The position numbers were made by a program, and so were the translations under genes. Of a stretch of 64,000 nt of DNA, positions 9,833 to 19,409 are shown one piece after another. The stretch lies in the IMG/VR virus record IMGVR_UViG_3300037067_018977. One strand, 5' to 3'. Position 1 is the stretch's first letter. The number at the start of each line of letters is the position of its first letter. Under the pieces are notes generated by a model, which was not told the origin of the DNA, searched no databases, and worked only from the letters and a program-made list of their open reading frames with translations. Origin of the DNA: an uncultured virus (IMG/VR IMGVR_UViG_3300037067_018977). Lineage: Duplodnaviria > Heunggongvirae > Uroviricota > Caudoviricetes.

Positions 9833-10166
9833 CATCTTCGATGCCGAGAGGGAGCCCGAGGCCGCTGCTCTCCACGCGCTCGCGGGCTACGAGTGGGCGT
9901 GGGCGATGCGCAGGAAGGACCGCGAGGAATTCCGGTATGTCTACGTCACGATTGTGATGCAGACGAGAGATCCGCGTTGGCTCATAACCCCACAGCTCAT
10001 GCTTTACCACCCAGGGATCCGGGTGGTGAAAACCAACACGTACGACTTCGCGCGAAAGGTAGCCCACAATGTGATAGTGGACATGCAGCACTTTCCGCTG
10101 TGCACCCTGGAGAGCGCGATCACTCAGGTGTTGGGTCGTCCACCGGTGCCGGGGATCCCGGAATGA
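9819..10166 (+). CDS. ALAG-WW family hypothetical protein
   Basis: ALHALAGYEWAW, HPGIRVV, QVLG. Confidence 0.7.
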   Translation: MTVDDIFDAEREPEAAALHALAGYEWAWAMRRKDREEFRYVYVTIVMQTRDPRWLITPQLMLYHPGIRVVKTNTYDFARKVAHNVIVDMQHFPLCTLESAITQVLGRPPVPGIPE

Positions 10167-10519
10167 CTCCGGGCGAGAGAGAGTGTGTGGTCGGTGCGCT
10201 TTCCGGCTACAAATTCGTGTGGTGGTTCATGAGCGAGGCGTACGAGGTGCCGGGAGAGTGTCGAGCAGAACTCGTGGTCGTGGCAGAAGCGGAGGAGAAG
10301 CCCGCGTTGAGAGCTGCCCACTCGCGGCTGGTGGCGAGCGGCTACCTGAACCCGGGTTACTCGTGGATGGTGTGGACAAGCGGCATCACGGGACAGTGGA
10401 CCACAACGTTCCAGGTGAAGCTGGACCTCACGAAGAAGAATCCACGCCACCTGGCTGCGCCAGCCTTCGTTGCCCGCCTGCTGCTCACGGAAGCGCTGGG
10501 GCAAGGACCCTCCTGGTGA
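10163..10519 (+). CDS. ALAG-WW family hypothetical protein
   Basis: VVGALSGYKFVWW, EALG. Confidence 0.7.
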   Translation: MTPGERECVVGALSGYKFVWWFMSEAYEVPGECRAELVVVAEAEEKPALRAAHSRLVASGYLNPGYSWMVWTSGITGQWTTTFQVKLDLTKKNPRHLAAPAFVARLLLTEALGQGPSW

Positions 10520-10734
10520 TGTCCGACTCGGCCGCGGCGCTGGGCGAAGTCTGGCAACGGCTCGCCGGGCATCCGCAGATCACCTGCGTGCCGCAGACGA
10601 TGGTGATTGGAGAAAGCAGCACCTACGAACTCGTCATCGACTGCAGCGCCATCGAGCCCTGCTCGCTGCGCGAGCGCGCGGACTACATGACCGAGCTGCT
10701 CACTCGGATTTTCGGGAAGGCCCCAGGCACATGA
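10519..10734 (+). CDS. hypothetical protein
   Basis: TGATG coupling. Confidence 0.5.
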   Translation: MSDSAAALGEVWQRLAGHPQITCVPQTMVIGESSTYELVIDCSAIEPCSLRERADYMTELLTRIFGKAPGT

Positions 10735-11207
10735 CCCGCCGCGGCGTGGTGCGGTGGGCGGCGCGCGCGTTCCTGGTGCGACCCATCACGGTGGAAATGG
10801 AACACTACCACGGAGACTGCGTGGTGACCGTAGGCTTCCGCGGCCTGGAGCTAGCCGGCGGCGGGGACATGGCCTACGCCTACGGGAAAACCTGGGGTGA
10901 CTGCGTCCGAAAGCTGGAGGCGGCCTACTTGTCGCTCCATGCGTTGGAGAGCGCTCCGTGTCCGTGGTTTCGGTCGCAAATCTTGGTGCACGAGCATCCC
11001 ACCATGCTCACGATGCGGGCGCTCGCGGGTGGCACGTTGAAGTGGGCTCGTCCCCGCTCCGACATGAACAATCGACTCACGGAGCTGGGCGCTACATCTG
11101 GGCCGCCGCGCTTCACGGAGGTCACGCGGGTGAAGCTCGTGGCCTACCTTCCTGATGCACGCATTGTTGCGCGGTTCCGCGCTCCGAGCGTAGGCTCATG
11201 GACATGA
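10731..11207 (+). CDS. hypothetical protein
   Basis: ATGA coupling; contains MRALAGG. Confidence 0.55.
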   Translation: MTRRGVVRWAARAFLVRPITVEMEHYHGDCVVTVGFRGLELAGGGDMAYAYGKTWGDCVRKLEAAYLSLHALESAPCPWFRSQILVHEHPTMLTMRALAGGTLKWARPRSDMNNRLTELGATSGPPRFTEVTRVKLVAYLPDARIVARFRAPSVGSWT

Positions 11208-11467
11208 AGAAGCTAGCAGCGATGGTGGTGGTTGCGCTCGGGATGTCTGGCTGTGCGAGCATGAAGCCGGTGATCCGTTCCGTGAACGATCGGGCTCGCG
11301 AGGCGTGCGAGTTTTTCTTTGCCTCGCAACAGGGATCCAGCATCGATCGGGCTCGCGAGGTTTGCGCGATCCGCGAAGTGCTCGACCCGTTCCTGAGAGA
11401 GATCCTCGCTGCCGAGCAGGCAGCGGGTGAGCAGGCTGCACCCATCGCCGCCCGGCAGGGGAAGTGA
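11204..11467 (+). CDS. putative lipoprotein
   Basis: MKKLAAMVVVALGMSGC signal peptide with lipobox-like Cys. Confidence 0.75.
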   Translation: MKKLAAMVVVALGMSGCASMKPVIRSVNDRAREACEFFFASQQGSSIDRAREVCAIREVLDPFLREILAAEQAAGEQAAPIAARQGK

Positions 11468-12213
11468 TGTTCGGGTGTTTGCCGGATCCGGCTGACCCGC
11501 GCGACAAGTCGGTCAGCGAGTTGCTTGGCGCGATCGCGAGCACGCCGCCGCCAGCGGCCGACGTGAAGCACCTGATGGCTTCCATCCCCAACCAGAACCC
11601 CACCAACTCGTGCGTGGGCATGGCAATTCGCCAAGCGTTCTACATTGCGGAGTACGCGGCGACTGGCAGTCCTCCTGAGCCGACGAGTGGCCTCGGGCAC
11701 TACTTCAACGCGCGCGCGCAGCACGGCGTGGAAGACGTTGATGCGGGGACCTGGATGCGCGCCGGCATGACCGGACTGAAGTACTTCGGTCCCTTGCGAG
11801 AGAAGCACTGGCCGTTCGACGCGAGCCAAGTGAACACTCGGCCGCCCTGGCGCGCCTACAAGGCCGCGTTCAAGGCTCGGGGACCGCATGCGTACTATCG
11901 GATCGACGCTTACGGCGACGAGCGCCTCACGGCGATCCGGCGTTGCATCGCGGCACAGAAGGGCGCGGTGATCCTGGGCACCAAGGTGACCGAGGCCTTC
12001 ACGGTCGACGTCGGCCCCGACACGGAGGACGTGCCGGCATCCGGAGCCACGATCGTGGGAGGCCATGCGCTCTGCGTGGTGGGCTACGAGCCGGGACGAT
12101 TCTTGTTGGCCAACTCGTGGGGCACGAGCTATCGCTTGAACGGACTCATCTGGGTCACCGAGGAGTACATCGCATGGTCCGGTACGCACGACATCTGGGC
12201 GCTGGTTCTCTGA
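11467..12213 (+). CDS. papain-like (C1 family) cysteine peptidase
   Basis: Q-x(4)-SC (NQNPTNSCVG), GGHALCVVGY, ANSWG catalytic motifs. Confidence 0.92.
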   Translation: MFGCLPDPADPRDKSVSELLGAIASTPPPAADVKHLMASIPNQNPTNSCVGMAIRQAFYIAEYAATGSPPEPTSGLGHYFNARAQHGVEDVDAGTWMRAGMTGLKYFGPLREKHWPFDASQVNTRPPWRAYKAAFKARGPHAYYRIDAYGDERLTAIRRCIAAQKGAVILGTKVTEAFTVDVGPDTEDVPASGATIVGGHALCVVGYEPGRFLLANSWGTSYRLNGLIWVTEEYIAWSGTHDIWALVL

Positions 12214-12497
12214 TCGCGGTGGTGGCGCTGGGCCTGGTGGCCTGTCCGGGCCCCATCGAACCCGACTTCCCGAACCGACCGCGTCCGGTGGATGCCGGGA
12301 CGCCGGCTGACTGCCACGCGGCCTGCGAGCACCTCCGTGAGCTGAAGTGCGAAGAGGGCGAGCCGGAAGAAGGCGTGAGCTGCGAGGAGATCTGTGAGCA
12401 CGTGGAGGCGAGTGGCACGGTGACACTGGACCCCGCCTGCGTGCTGAAGATCACGGAGTGCAGGGGCATCGACGGCTGCACGTACGGCTCGCGATGA
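12174..12497 (+). CDS. Cys-rich putative lipoprotein
   Basis: AGGAG SD; LGLVAC lipobox; CxxxC repeats. Confidence 0.7.
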   Translation: MVRYARHLGAGSLIAVVALGLVACPGPIEPDFPNRPRPVDAGTPADCHAACEHLRELKCEEGEPEEGVSCEEICEHVEASGTVTLDPACVLKITECRGIDGCTYGSR

Positions 12498-12916
12498 CGG
12501 CGCTGAGTCGCCGGGACCAGGTGGAGCGAATTCTCGGACGCTGCTGCTTTGGGCAGCCTGCGGTGGTGCGGGCGTACTATGCGCTTGGGGCGCAACCCCT
12601 CTTTGTGGAGGCGAAGGAAGGCCTTGTCGACTTCTGGGGCTCGAACGCGAGCTACACGGAGTTGCTCTGGTACCTCGAACTCTGCGAGCACCGCGGTGTT
12701 CCGCTTACTTTCGGGACCGCGGTGAGCTGGATTCTTCACCGGGAGGATGATGCCTGCGGTTTGTGTCGTGCCGTTGTGCAGGCGACGACGCACCGCCCCG
12801 TCGCGTTTCCTTGGGGTTTGCAGGTGAGACTCTGCTGGGGGTGCGCCGAGCGGTGGGGACTCCACGGCACTCCCGATGTGCACCAAAAGTTGCGGGATGG
12901 AAAAGTCTGTGCGTAG
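12494..12916 (+). CDS. hypothetical protein with CxxC motifs
   Basis: ATGA coupling. Confidence 0.5.
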   Translation: MTALSRRDQVERILGRCCFGQPAVVRAYYALGAQPLFVEAKEGLVDFWGSNASYTELLWYLELCEHRGVPLTFGTAVSWILHREDDACGLCRAVVQATTHRPVAFPWGLQVRLCWGCAERWGLHGTPDVHQKLRDGKVCA

Positions 12917-12942
12917 CGTCAGTTCCCGAGCGCATAGAGCGG

Positions 12943-13410
12943 ATGCTAGTTCTCGGAATCGCCCCGGGTTTGGACGCACTGGCGTACAGCGTGGTGTGGT
13001 GGAAGGACGGCGGTGAGGTCATCACCGTGGACACCGATGTGCTGCGCTGCCGCCCGCTTTCGCTTGAAGGCAAGCTGAACCCGAACAAGCGCTCCCGGGT
13101 GCACCAGCTGGTTTTGTCGGTGGTGGCCGAGCGCTGGCCGCCGACGGTGGTCTGCATCGGGCCCCCGCTCGATCCGCGGGAGCCCGAGTTGCATGTGCAG
13201 GCGACGCTGGTCATGCTGCGCGCGGTGGCGGCGGCCATGGGGGTACCCATCCAGCGAATCGAGAGCGAGGCCGAGCTGTTTCGCCGGCTCGACGCGCGGC
13301 CGCCCCGGCTGGGCCCGGCGGTGCAGCGCCGGCTCACTTCACCGCTCGGCACCCGGGACCGCCGCATCGTGCTGGCAACCGCGGCCGCCGTGGCTGCGAC
13401 TTGCACGTGA
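12943..13410 (+). CDS. RuvC-like protein lacking catalytic acidic residues
   Basis: MLVLGIAPGLDALAYSVV resembles the RuvC ILGIDPG start with D replaced by A; length about 155 aa. Confidence 0.6.
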   Translation: MLVLGIAPGLDALAYSVVWWKDGGEVITVDTDVLRCRPLSLEGKLNPNKRSRVHQLVLSVVAERWPPTVVCIGPPLDPREPELHVQATLVMLRAVAAAMGVPIQRIESEAELFRRLDARPPRLGPAVQRRLTSPLGTRDRRIVLATAAAVAATCT

Positions 13411-13434
13411 AACGCACCGAAACTAAAGGACAAA

Positions 13435-13917
13435 ATGGAACCTCTCGTTGCGGTTGGGCTATTTGCGCTGCTGGTTGGTTTGGCCGTGGGGGCCTGGTGG
13501 TCGCGCTGGAAACAGCTGCCTGACCGCCGCGCCGCCCTGTCGCTGGTGCGCAAGCTGACCCAGGACTACGCCACAGCAACGGCGAAGCACGAAAGCCTGG
13601 CGGGGGTCATCGGCTCGATCGTCGAGGAGCGCAACGGCATCATGGAGCGCTATCACCGGCAAGCGACCGAGCACGCCAGTGCGCAGGACATCATGCTGCG
13701 CGAGAACGAGCGGATCGCGCAGCAGTACAGTCGTCTGGTGGCCGCGGTGGCGGCAGCGCCAGATCTCGCCGCGGCCCAGAATCTGTGCAAGCGCCCGCTC
13801 CGGCGCCATCCCCTGCTCGAAGAGCTGGCGGCAGATTTTCGAGAAAAGCATGTTGACAATGCAAAAGGCACGGGTTCTGAAACGGCCAAAACGGTGGGCG
13901 TAACGGGGTCAGCTTGA
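13435..13917 (+). CDS. N-terminal membrane anchor plus coiled-coil protein
   Basis: Hydrophobic residues 4-22, heptad-rich remainder; AAGGA SD. Confidence 0.7.
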   Translation: MEPLVAVGLFALLVGLAVGAWWSRWKQLPDRRAALSLVRKLTQDYATATAKHESLAGVIGSIVEERNGIMERYHRQATEHASAQDIMLRENERIAQQYSRLVAAVAAAPDLAAAQNLCKRPLRRHPLLEELAADFREKHVDNAKGTGSETAKTVGVTGSA

Positions 13918-13951
13918 AGTTCCGGTCGCTAAGCCTTAGCCTCGGGCCGCG

Positions 13952-14602
13952 ATGACGACCGAGCACGACCGCGAGGCCCCTCCGGGCCGCGATTGGGCGC
14001 AGGGCCCGCGCATCGATCAGGAGCTATGGGAGAGCTTCCCGAACTCCATTCAGGTCGAGCACGCCTTCGATCCGATGGACGGGCTACCCAAGCCCCGGGT
14101 GCCGTATTCGGTGAAGCTCGCGCAGGCGCCGCCGCTGCTGCCGGAGACGTTCGTGTGCATGGCGGACACGAGCCGCTTCGTGGCGCGCGACCGGTTCGGG
14201 TTCATCAGCCGAAGCTTCGATCCGAGTGAAGTGGAGCGAACGCCCAGCGGCACGTACCGCGCGCGCGGCGGCCTGCTGCGCCGGTGGATCGAGGTCGAGC
14301 CACTGCGTCCGCAGTGCCAGCACTACGCGCGGCAGCTCACCGACGTTCAGGACGATCCCGACTTTCGGTTCGTGGCGCGGCTCTGCACCTTGCGCAAGAC
14401 CGATGAAGGCGAATACCTGTCGGTGCGGGACAGCCAGGTGTTCGCGTGTGAGCTGCGCGAGCCGCGTGACTACGAGGGCTCCGTGCAGCAGTTGGACGTG
14501 TTCGATGCGGAGCAGATCGCAGCGAACCGCAAGAAACAGAAGGAAGAGGAGCCGTTCGATGTGGAAGCGGCCCTGGCACAGCAAGATGGACACACTGAAT
14601 GA
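13952..14602 (+). CDS. hypothetical protein
   Basis: Protein-like ORF below a consensus promoter. Confidence 0.7.
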   Translation: MTTEHDREAPPGRDWAQGPRIDQELWESFPNSIQVEHAFDPMDGLPKPRVPYSVKLAQAPPLLPETFVCMADTSRFVARDRFGFISRSFDPSEVERTPSGTYRARGGLLRRWIEVEPLRPQCQHYARQLTDVQDDPDFRFVARLCTLRKTDEGEYLSVRDSQVFACELREPRDYEGSVQQLDVFDAEQIAANRKKQKEEEPFDVEAALAQQDGHTE

Positions 14603-14773
14603 GCTGCTCCCTGGCCTGCTCGTTGCAGCGCGGCTTTGCCGCAAGCAACCCGCGACGGGCCGACCCGAAGACTGCGCGCGCGAAATCGAGCGCTGCGCGG
14701 CAGACATCATGATCCGAGACCTGCATCCCAAATTCGAGGAGCAGGCGCATCTACACGACGACGGAGGCTGGTG

Positions 14774-15313
14774 ATGGCGGACGAAGAGTTGGACGAGACC
14801 GAGCAGGACGAAGACGAATCCGAAGGCAACGACGAGTCGGATGAGTCCGAGGCAGATCCGGGACCCGACACCTTGGAACCCTTGCTGGATCTGATGGAGG
14901 AGATCGAGTCGCACCGCACGCGCCTGAATCTCGCCGCGGGGCAGCGTATCGCGGACCCGAACGTTCCGATGCAGGAAGTTGCCGACACGGTGATGAGCTT
15001 GCTCCAGGATCTCGCCACTCGGGTGTACGACAACCTGTACGAGATCCGGCGCTACCTGGTGGCCGAGGTGGAGCCGCTCGTGCTCGACGGCGCTCCGGCG
15101 CCGGACAGCGGCGTCACCCTGACCGATGCCGAGGCTGCTCGCCTGGTGCGCGTGCTGACCTGGATTCGGGGCTCGTTGAGCCAGGGCGCGCGGCCGACGG
15201 ATGAAACGTTGCTGCGGCAGGTCGAGTCACTGGAGACCGATGTCCAAGTGCTGCTCGGCCGGCTCGAAGCGCAAGCTGCAGAGCAGATCGCGAGCGCGTC
15301 GGCCCCGTCATGA
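14774..15313 (+). CDS. acidic helical hypothetical protein
   Basis: GGAGG SD, TGATG coupling. Confidence 0.7.
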   Translation: MADEELDETEQDEDESEGNDESDESEADPGPDTLEPLLDLMEEIESHRTRLNLAAGQRIADPNVPMQEVADTVMSLLQDLATRVYDNLYEIRRYLVAEVEPLVLDGAPAPDSGVTLTDAEAARLVRVLTWIRGSLSQGARPTDETLLRQVESLETDVQVLLGRLEAQAAEQIASASAPS

Positions 15314-17709
15314 CCGAGCCGGACGTCACCGAGCCTCCGGCGCGGCGCAAGCGTCAGATGACCGACGCGCAGCGCCGCGCCTTGGAGCGCGCGCAAGAGG
15401 TCAAGCGAGCGAAGCGCGAAGCGCGGGCCCAGCAGCGCGAGGCCGATCTGGCGGAGCTGGCGGCCAAGCACGCGCTTCGCAAGCTGGAGGGCGCGTCGTC
15501 CGAGCCCGATGAAGTCGACGACCTTCCCGAGAGCGTGCGGGAAGCGGCCGAGGCGCAACAGGAAGCGTTTGCGGAGCGATACCACTCGCCAGACGCGGCG
15601 GTGCCTCCCGACGAAGGCAACCCGCACCGGCGCGAGCTGCCGACGATGGAAGTGGAGGTTGCTGACATGGCGGGCGAGCGCTACGTGCCTCGCAACCTCG
15701 ACGACCTGATGAGCCATGCCCCCATCGGGGATGGGCAGTACTACATCTCAGTGGACCGCAAGGCGCCGCGGGTATGGGGCGGCGCGCAGTGTGCAGGCAG
15801 CCAGCCGAGCATCTGGCGCTACATGACGACCGAGGAGTTCAAGCGCGAGTACGGCGGCGGCGAGTACGTGATGATTCTCTACGGTCCGCCCAAGCGCGGG
15901 GGGATCTACGATCCCGAGACGCGCCGGATCCGCCCGAAGGCGCTAACCGAGCCGGTACGCTTCACGGTGCCGCTTCACGAGTACGCGCCGATGCTGTTCG
16001 ACGAGAATGCCGACGACGACGAAGAGGACGACAAAGACATGAGACACGTGCAGCAACCGTGGGCCACAGGCCGTCCCAAGTCCAACGCGGAAGCGAGAAT
16101 GTTCGAGGCGCAGCTGGAGCATGAGCGCACGCAGCAGGATCGCGCCGAAGCTCGCGAGCGCGAGCAGAAGGAGCGCGAGAACACGCTGCAGAAGGAAGCC
16201 GAGCGACAAGGCATCACGATCGCGCAGCTTCTGAGCGACCAGAAGGAATCGGAGCTGCGGCGCATCGAGGACGCGCATCGGCGCGAGATGGATCTGGCCG
16301 AGCGCCGGCACAACGAGCACATGGAGACGCTGCGCGCCGAGATCAACAAGCCTGGCGAGACGCAAGCTCTGGGGAGCGCCCTGAAGGGCATCCTGGAGGT
16401 GATGAAGCCCAACGGCGCGGCGAGTGACAAGCAGGTGCAGGAGCTGATCAAGAGCCACGCCGAAGAGATCACGCGCCTCCAAAACCAGGCCCAAGCTCAG
16501 ATCAAGGACGCAAACGAGCGCGCGGACAACCGCATCCGGGATGCCGAGCAGCGCGCGGACAAGGCCAAGGAAGAGGCCGAGCGTCGCGCGGATCAGCGCA
16601 TTACGGACATCGAGCGTCGCGCCGAGGAGCGGATGCGCGAGACGCACGAGCGCGCGGAGAAGCGAGTGCGCGAGGTGGAGGACGCCGCGCGTCGGGTCGT
16701 CGAGGATGCGCGCCAGCAGGCGCAAGCTCGGCTCGATGACGAGCGTCGCAATCACGATCGTGATCTTGCCGCCAAGGCCGACTCCGCAAACATGCGGGTC
16801 GAAACGCAGAAAGCGAGCTACGAGACGCGACTCGCGGCGAAGGACGAAGAGATCGCGCGCCTGCGAGCCGAGAGCGAGCGCTTTCGGCTGGAGGCGGCGA
16901 AGGCGGGAGATCTGCCCGGACAGGTGGAGAAGTTCGCGGCGACGGCCAAGGCGCTCGGCTGGGAGAAGGACAGCGGAGGAAACGAAGCGGAGGCGCCGCC
17001 GGACTGGAAGACGATGCTGCTCGGGCTCGGCGCCGAGCTGATCAAGAACGGGCCGGGGATGATCCAGTCCGCGGGCAACACGGTGATGCAGCTCCGCGGC
17101 CAGGCGCCGCAGCCGAGCGCCACAGCACCGTACATGCAGGCGGCTCAGCCCCAGCGCACGCTGCCGCCGCGGCTGCACACGCGCGAAGGTGGCGTGTTCC
17201 AGGCGGCGCCCCCGGCGTTCGGGACGGAAGACGGTGCGGCCTTCCTGGGCGAGAACACGCACGTGCCGCCGAAGTACCCGCCCGGCTTCATGCCGAGCCC
17301 GCCCGCGCAAGCGCAACAGCCCTTGCAGCAACCTCTGCAGCAGCAGCCGGCGATGCCCGATCCGAATACGCAGCAGCCTCCGCAGCAGCAAGCAGCGCCT
17401 CCGCAGCAGCAACAGCAAGCTCAGCAAGCAGCAGGTGTCGGCGGCGTTCCTCCCGATCAGCTCGCGCAGTTCCGGGGTCTGCTCGAAGGGGCGCTCGCGC
17501 AGCGCAAGAACCCCGCCGACTTGGCGGCGGAGATCCGCGCCTCGGTGGGTCCGCAGATGGCGGCCGCGATCGCCGCGTCGGTCACGCCCGAGGCAGTGCA
17601 GGCGAGCCTGATGCAGATGCCAGATGGCGCGTCCAGTCCGCTCATCCGCCGGGAAGGGCAGAAGTTCCTGAGAGAGCTGCATCAGGCGATGCTGGAGCCG
17701 GCAGAGTGA
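15310..17709 (+). CDS. large coiled-coil protein with Pro/Gln-rich region
   Basis: 799-aa ORF; long E/R/A heptad region; QQP-rich tail. Confidence 0.85.
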   Translation: MTEPDVTEPPARRKRQMTDAQRRALERAQEVKRAKREARAQQREADLAELAAKHALRKLEGASSEPDEVDDLPESVREAAEAQQEAFAERYHSPDAAVPPDEGNPHRRELPTMEVEVADMAGERYVPRNLDDLMSHAPIGDGQYYISVDRKAPRVWGGAQCAGSQPSIWRYMTTEEFKREYGGGEYVMILYGPPKRGGIYDPETRRIRPKALTEPVRFTVPLHEYAPMLFDENADDDEEDDKDMRHVQQPWATGRPKSNAEARMFEAQLEHERTQQDRAEAREREQKERENTLQKEAERQGITIAQLLSDQKESELRRIEDAHRREMDLAERRHNEHMETLRAEINKPGETQALGSALKGILEVMKPNGAASDKQVQELIKSHAEEITRLQNQAQAQIKDANERADNRIRDAEQRADKAKEEAERRADQRITDIERRAEERMRETHERAEKRVREVEDAARRVVEDARQQAQARLDDERRNHDRDLAAKADSANMRVETQKASYETRLAAKDEEIARLRAESERFRLEAAKAGDLPGQVEKFAATAKALGWEKDSGGNEAEAPPDWKTMLLGLGAELIKNGPGMIQSAGNTVMQLRGQAPQPSATAPYMQAAQPQRTLPPRLHTREGGVFQAAPPAFGTEDGAAFLGENTHVPPKYPPGFMPSPPAQAQQPLQQPLQQQPAMPDPNTQQPPQQQAAPPQQQQQAQQAAGVGGVPPDQLAQFRGLLEGALAQRKNPADLAAEIRASVGPQMAAAIAASVTPEAVQASLMQMPDGASSPLIRREGQKFLRELHQAMLEPAE

Positions 17710-17734
17710 AGCTCGACGGGTGGGAGCTGCAGCC

Positions 17735-18520
17735 ATGACGCTGACGCAGGTGCTCTGTGCGCTCTTCGGGCTGGTGGCGTTCGAGCTGCATCTGCGCTGG
17801 GTCGCGACGGCGAAGCCCAACGATCGTCCAGGCGCTCCCGCGCGCCGGCCGTGGTTCGGGCGCGATGCCGCGGCGGCGATCCGGCGCCGGCAGCCGCTTC
17901 GGTGGCTCGTGCCGCCGCTCGCCGCGTGCATGTACGTGGTGCTGAGCGTCACGCCGCCGCTCCCTGCGGGGATCACCGCAGTGCAGGCGATGCTGGTGGG
18001 CGTGGGCCTGGGCGCCGCGCGCCAGCTCGTCTTCTGGTGGATCCTGCCGTTCGTGCTGAGGGTGAAGGATCCCACCGAGCCGTCGATCCCCAATCGGATC
18101 CTCTCCCTGGAGCAGCGGTCCGTACAGGCGATAATCACGCACGTTTTTCGAAACTGGGAACACGCGCCACCGTTAGCAGCCAGTCAGGCGGAGGTGCCGA
18201 CGATTCTGTCTCCGATCCGCGCAGTGGAAGAAGTCACTGCCGACGCGAAGACCAAGGTCTACACCAAGGTCTACACCCGGGACGACCCCGAAGTGCAAGC
18301 GATCCTCGCCCAGACGGCGCAACACTGCCGCTACATGATCGAAGAAGGCGATGACCTCGACGCGATCTGCGACGCGGCTTCGGTCGCGCGGGAAGAGGTA
18401 GCGAAGCTCAATCCCGACCTGAACTGGAAGCCGGGTGTGACCGTCAAGCTGCCTCGCCCGCTGTGCCTTTACCTGGTGGAGCGTGAGCGTAGCCGGATCG
18501 AGAAGGCGAACCGGACATAA
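17735..18520 (+). CDS. membrane protein (about 3 TM segments)
   Basis: Hydrophobic segments in N-terminal half. Confidence 0.65.
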   Translation: MTLTQVLCALFGLVAFELHLRWVATAKPNDRPGAPARRPWFGRDAAAAIRRRQPLRWLVPPLAACMYVVLSVTPPLPAGITAVQAMLVGVGLGAARQLVFWWILPFVLRVKDPTEPSIPNRILSLEQRSVQAIITHVFRNWEHAPPLAASQAEVPTILSPIRAVEEVTADAKTKVYTKVYTRDDPEVQAILAQTAQHCRYMIEEGDDLDAICDAASVAREEVAKLNPDLNWKPGVTVKLPRPLCLYLVERERSRIEKANRT

Positions 18521-18750
18521 TGGAGCCGGACTATCGCCCGCACACTTTGCACTGCTCAGCCTGCGAGCGCGAAGCGGAAGTGTGGTGGGGCTTCTTCCCG
18601 AACGGCTCGCCGCCGATCATGGAGTTTCCGGCGGGCTGGCTCATCGGCACGGAGTACACCGAGGACGAAACCGGCAAGTCGGAAGTCACGCTGTACGTGT
18701 TCTGCTCGCGCGAGTGCGTCGAGGAGTCGATTGAGCCGGAGGCGCACTAG
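18520..18750 (+). CDS. small Zn-binding protein
   Basis: CxxC ... FCSxxC. Confidence 0.6.
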   Translation: MEPDYRPHTLHCSACEREAEVWWGFFPNGSPPIMEFPAGWLIGTEYTEDETGKSEVTLYVFCSRECVEESIEPEAH

Positions 18751-18930
18751 GTGACCTACGAATACGAGTGCACCGCATGTCAGCATCGGTGGGAGACCGA
18801 GCAGAAGATCACCGCGGAGCCGGAGCGCGAGTGCCCCGAGTGCCATCAGGAAACCGCGCGCCGGTTGATCTCCGGTGGCGTGGGCCACGTGCTGAAGGGC
18901 GACGGGTGGTTCAAGAGCGGTGGGTACTGA
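18751..18930 (+). CDS. FmdB-family zinc-ribbon protein, 59 aa
   Basis: Not in ORF track; MTYEYECTACQHRWE...CPEC...RRLISGG...LKGDGW. Confidence 0.85.
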   Translation: MTYEYECTACQHRWETEQKITAEPERECPECHQETARRLISGGVGHVLKGDGWFKSGGY

Positions 18931-19337
18931 TGGGGCGGCGCAAGCGCGGGAGGCAGCTCTACAAGGCCGAGGTCCCCGAGAGTCGGCTCCGCCGGCTCTT
19001 TCAGCGGGACCCCGCGTTTCAAGATGAGGAAGAGCGCGCTCTCAACGTACTGTCCAATCTCCCGGCGCTGGCGGTCGCGAGTCAAGAGTACGAGCGCTAT
19101 CGCCAGAAGGCGATCGGATCTGCCACCGCCAAGGTCAACCTGGCTCCGATTCAGCTCTACACCGAGTGGTGCGCGCGCCACGGTAAGAAGATGCGCCCGA
19201 GTCAGCTTGCGCGCTGGACGGTGCGTTGGCTGCAGCAACGATGCCCCGCGTGTGCAGCAAATGTGAAGAATACCTCCATGGGCTACGGCCTGTTTCGAGG
19301 CCTCTGCGAGCGCTGTGCACCGATTCTTGCTCCGTAG
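18930..19337 (+). CDS. hypothetical protein with C-terminal Zn finger
   Basis: TGATG coupling; CPAC..CERC. Confidence 0.6.
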   Translation: MGRRKRGRQLYKAEVPESRLRRLFQRDPAFQDEEERALNVLSNLPALAVASQEYERYRQKAIGSATAKVNLAPIQLYTEWCARHGKKMRPSQLARWTVRWLQQRCPACAANVKNTSMGYGLFRGLCERCAPILAP

Positions 19338-19409
19338 GAGCGGCCACCGGTAGAGTCTTCAACAGCGACCCGCGAATCGGAGCCGGGGCGATTGGGATAG
19401 CTCCGTCCG

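Noticed and set aside
15943..18138. 731-aa minus-strand ORF
   Set aside because: Antisense shadow of the coiled-coil gene; no motifs
18930..19337. Possible integrase N-terminal fragment
   Set aside because: Only a vague resemblance; no tyrosine recombinase catalytic residues or att site seen
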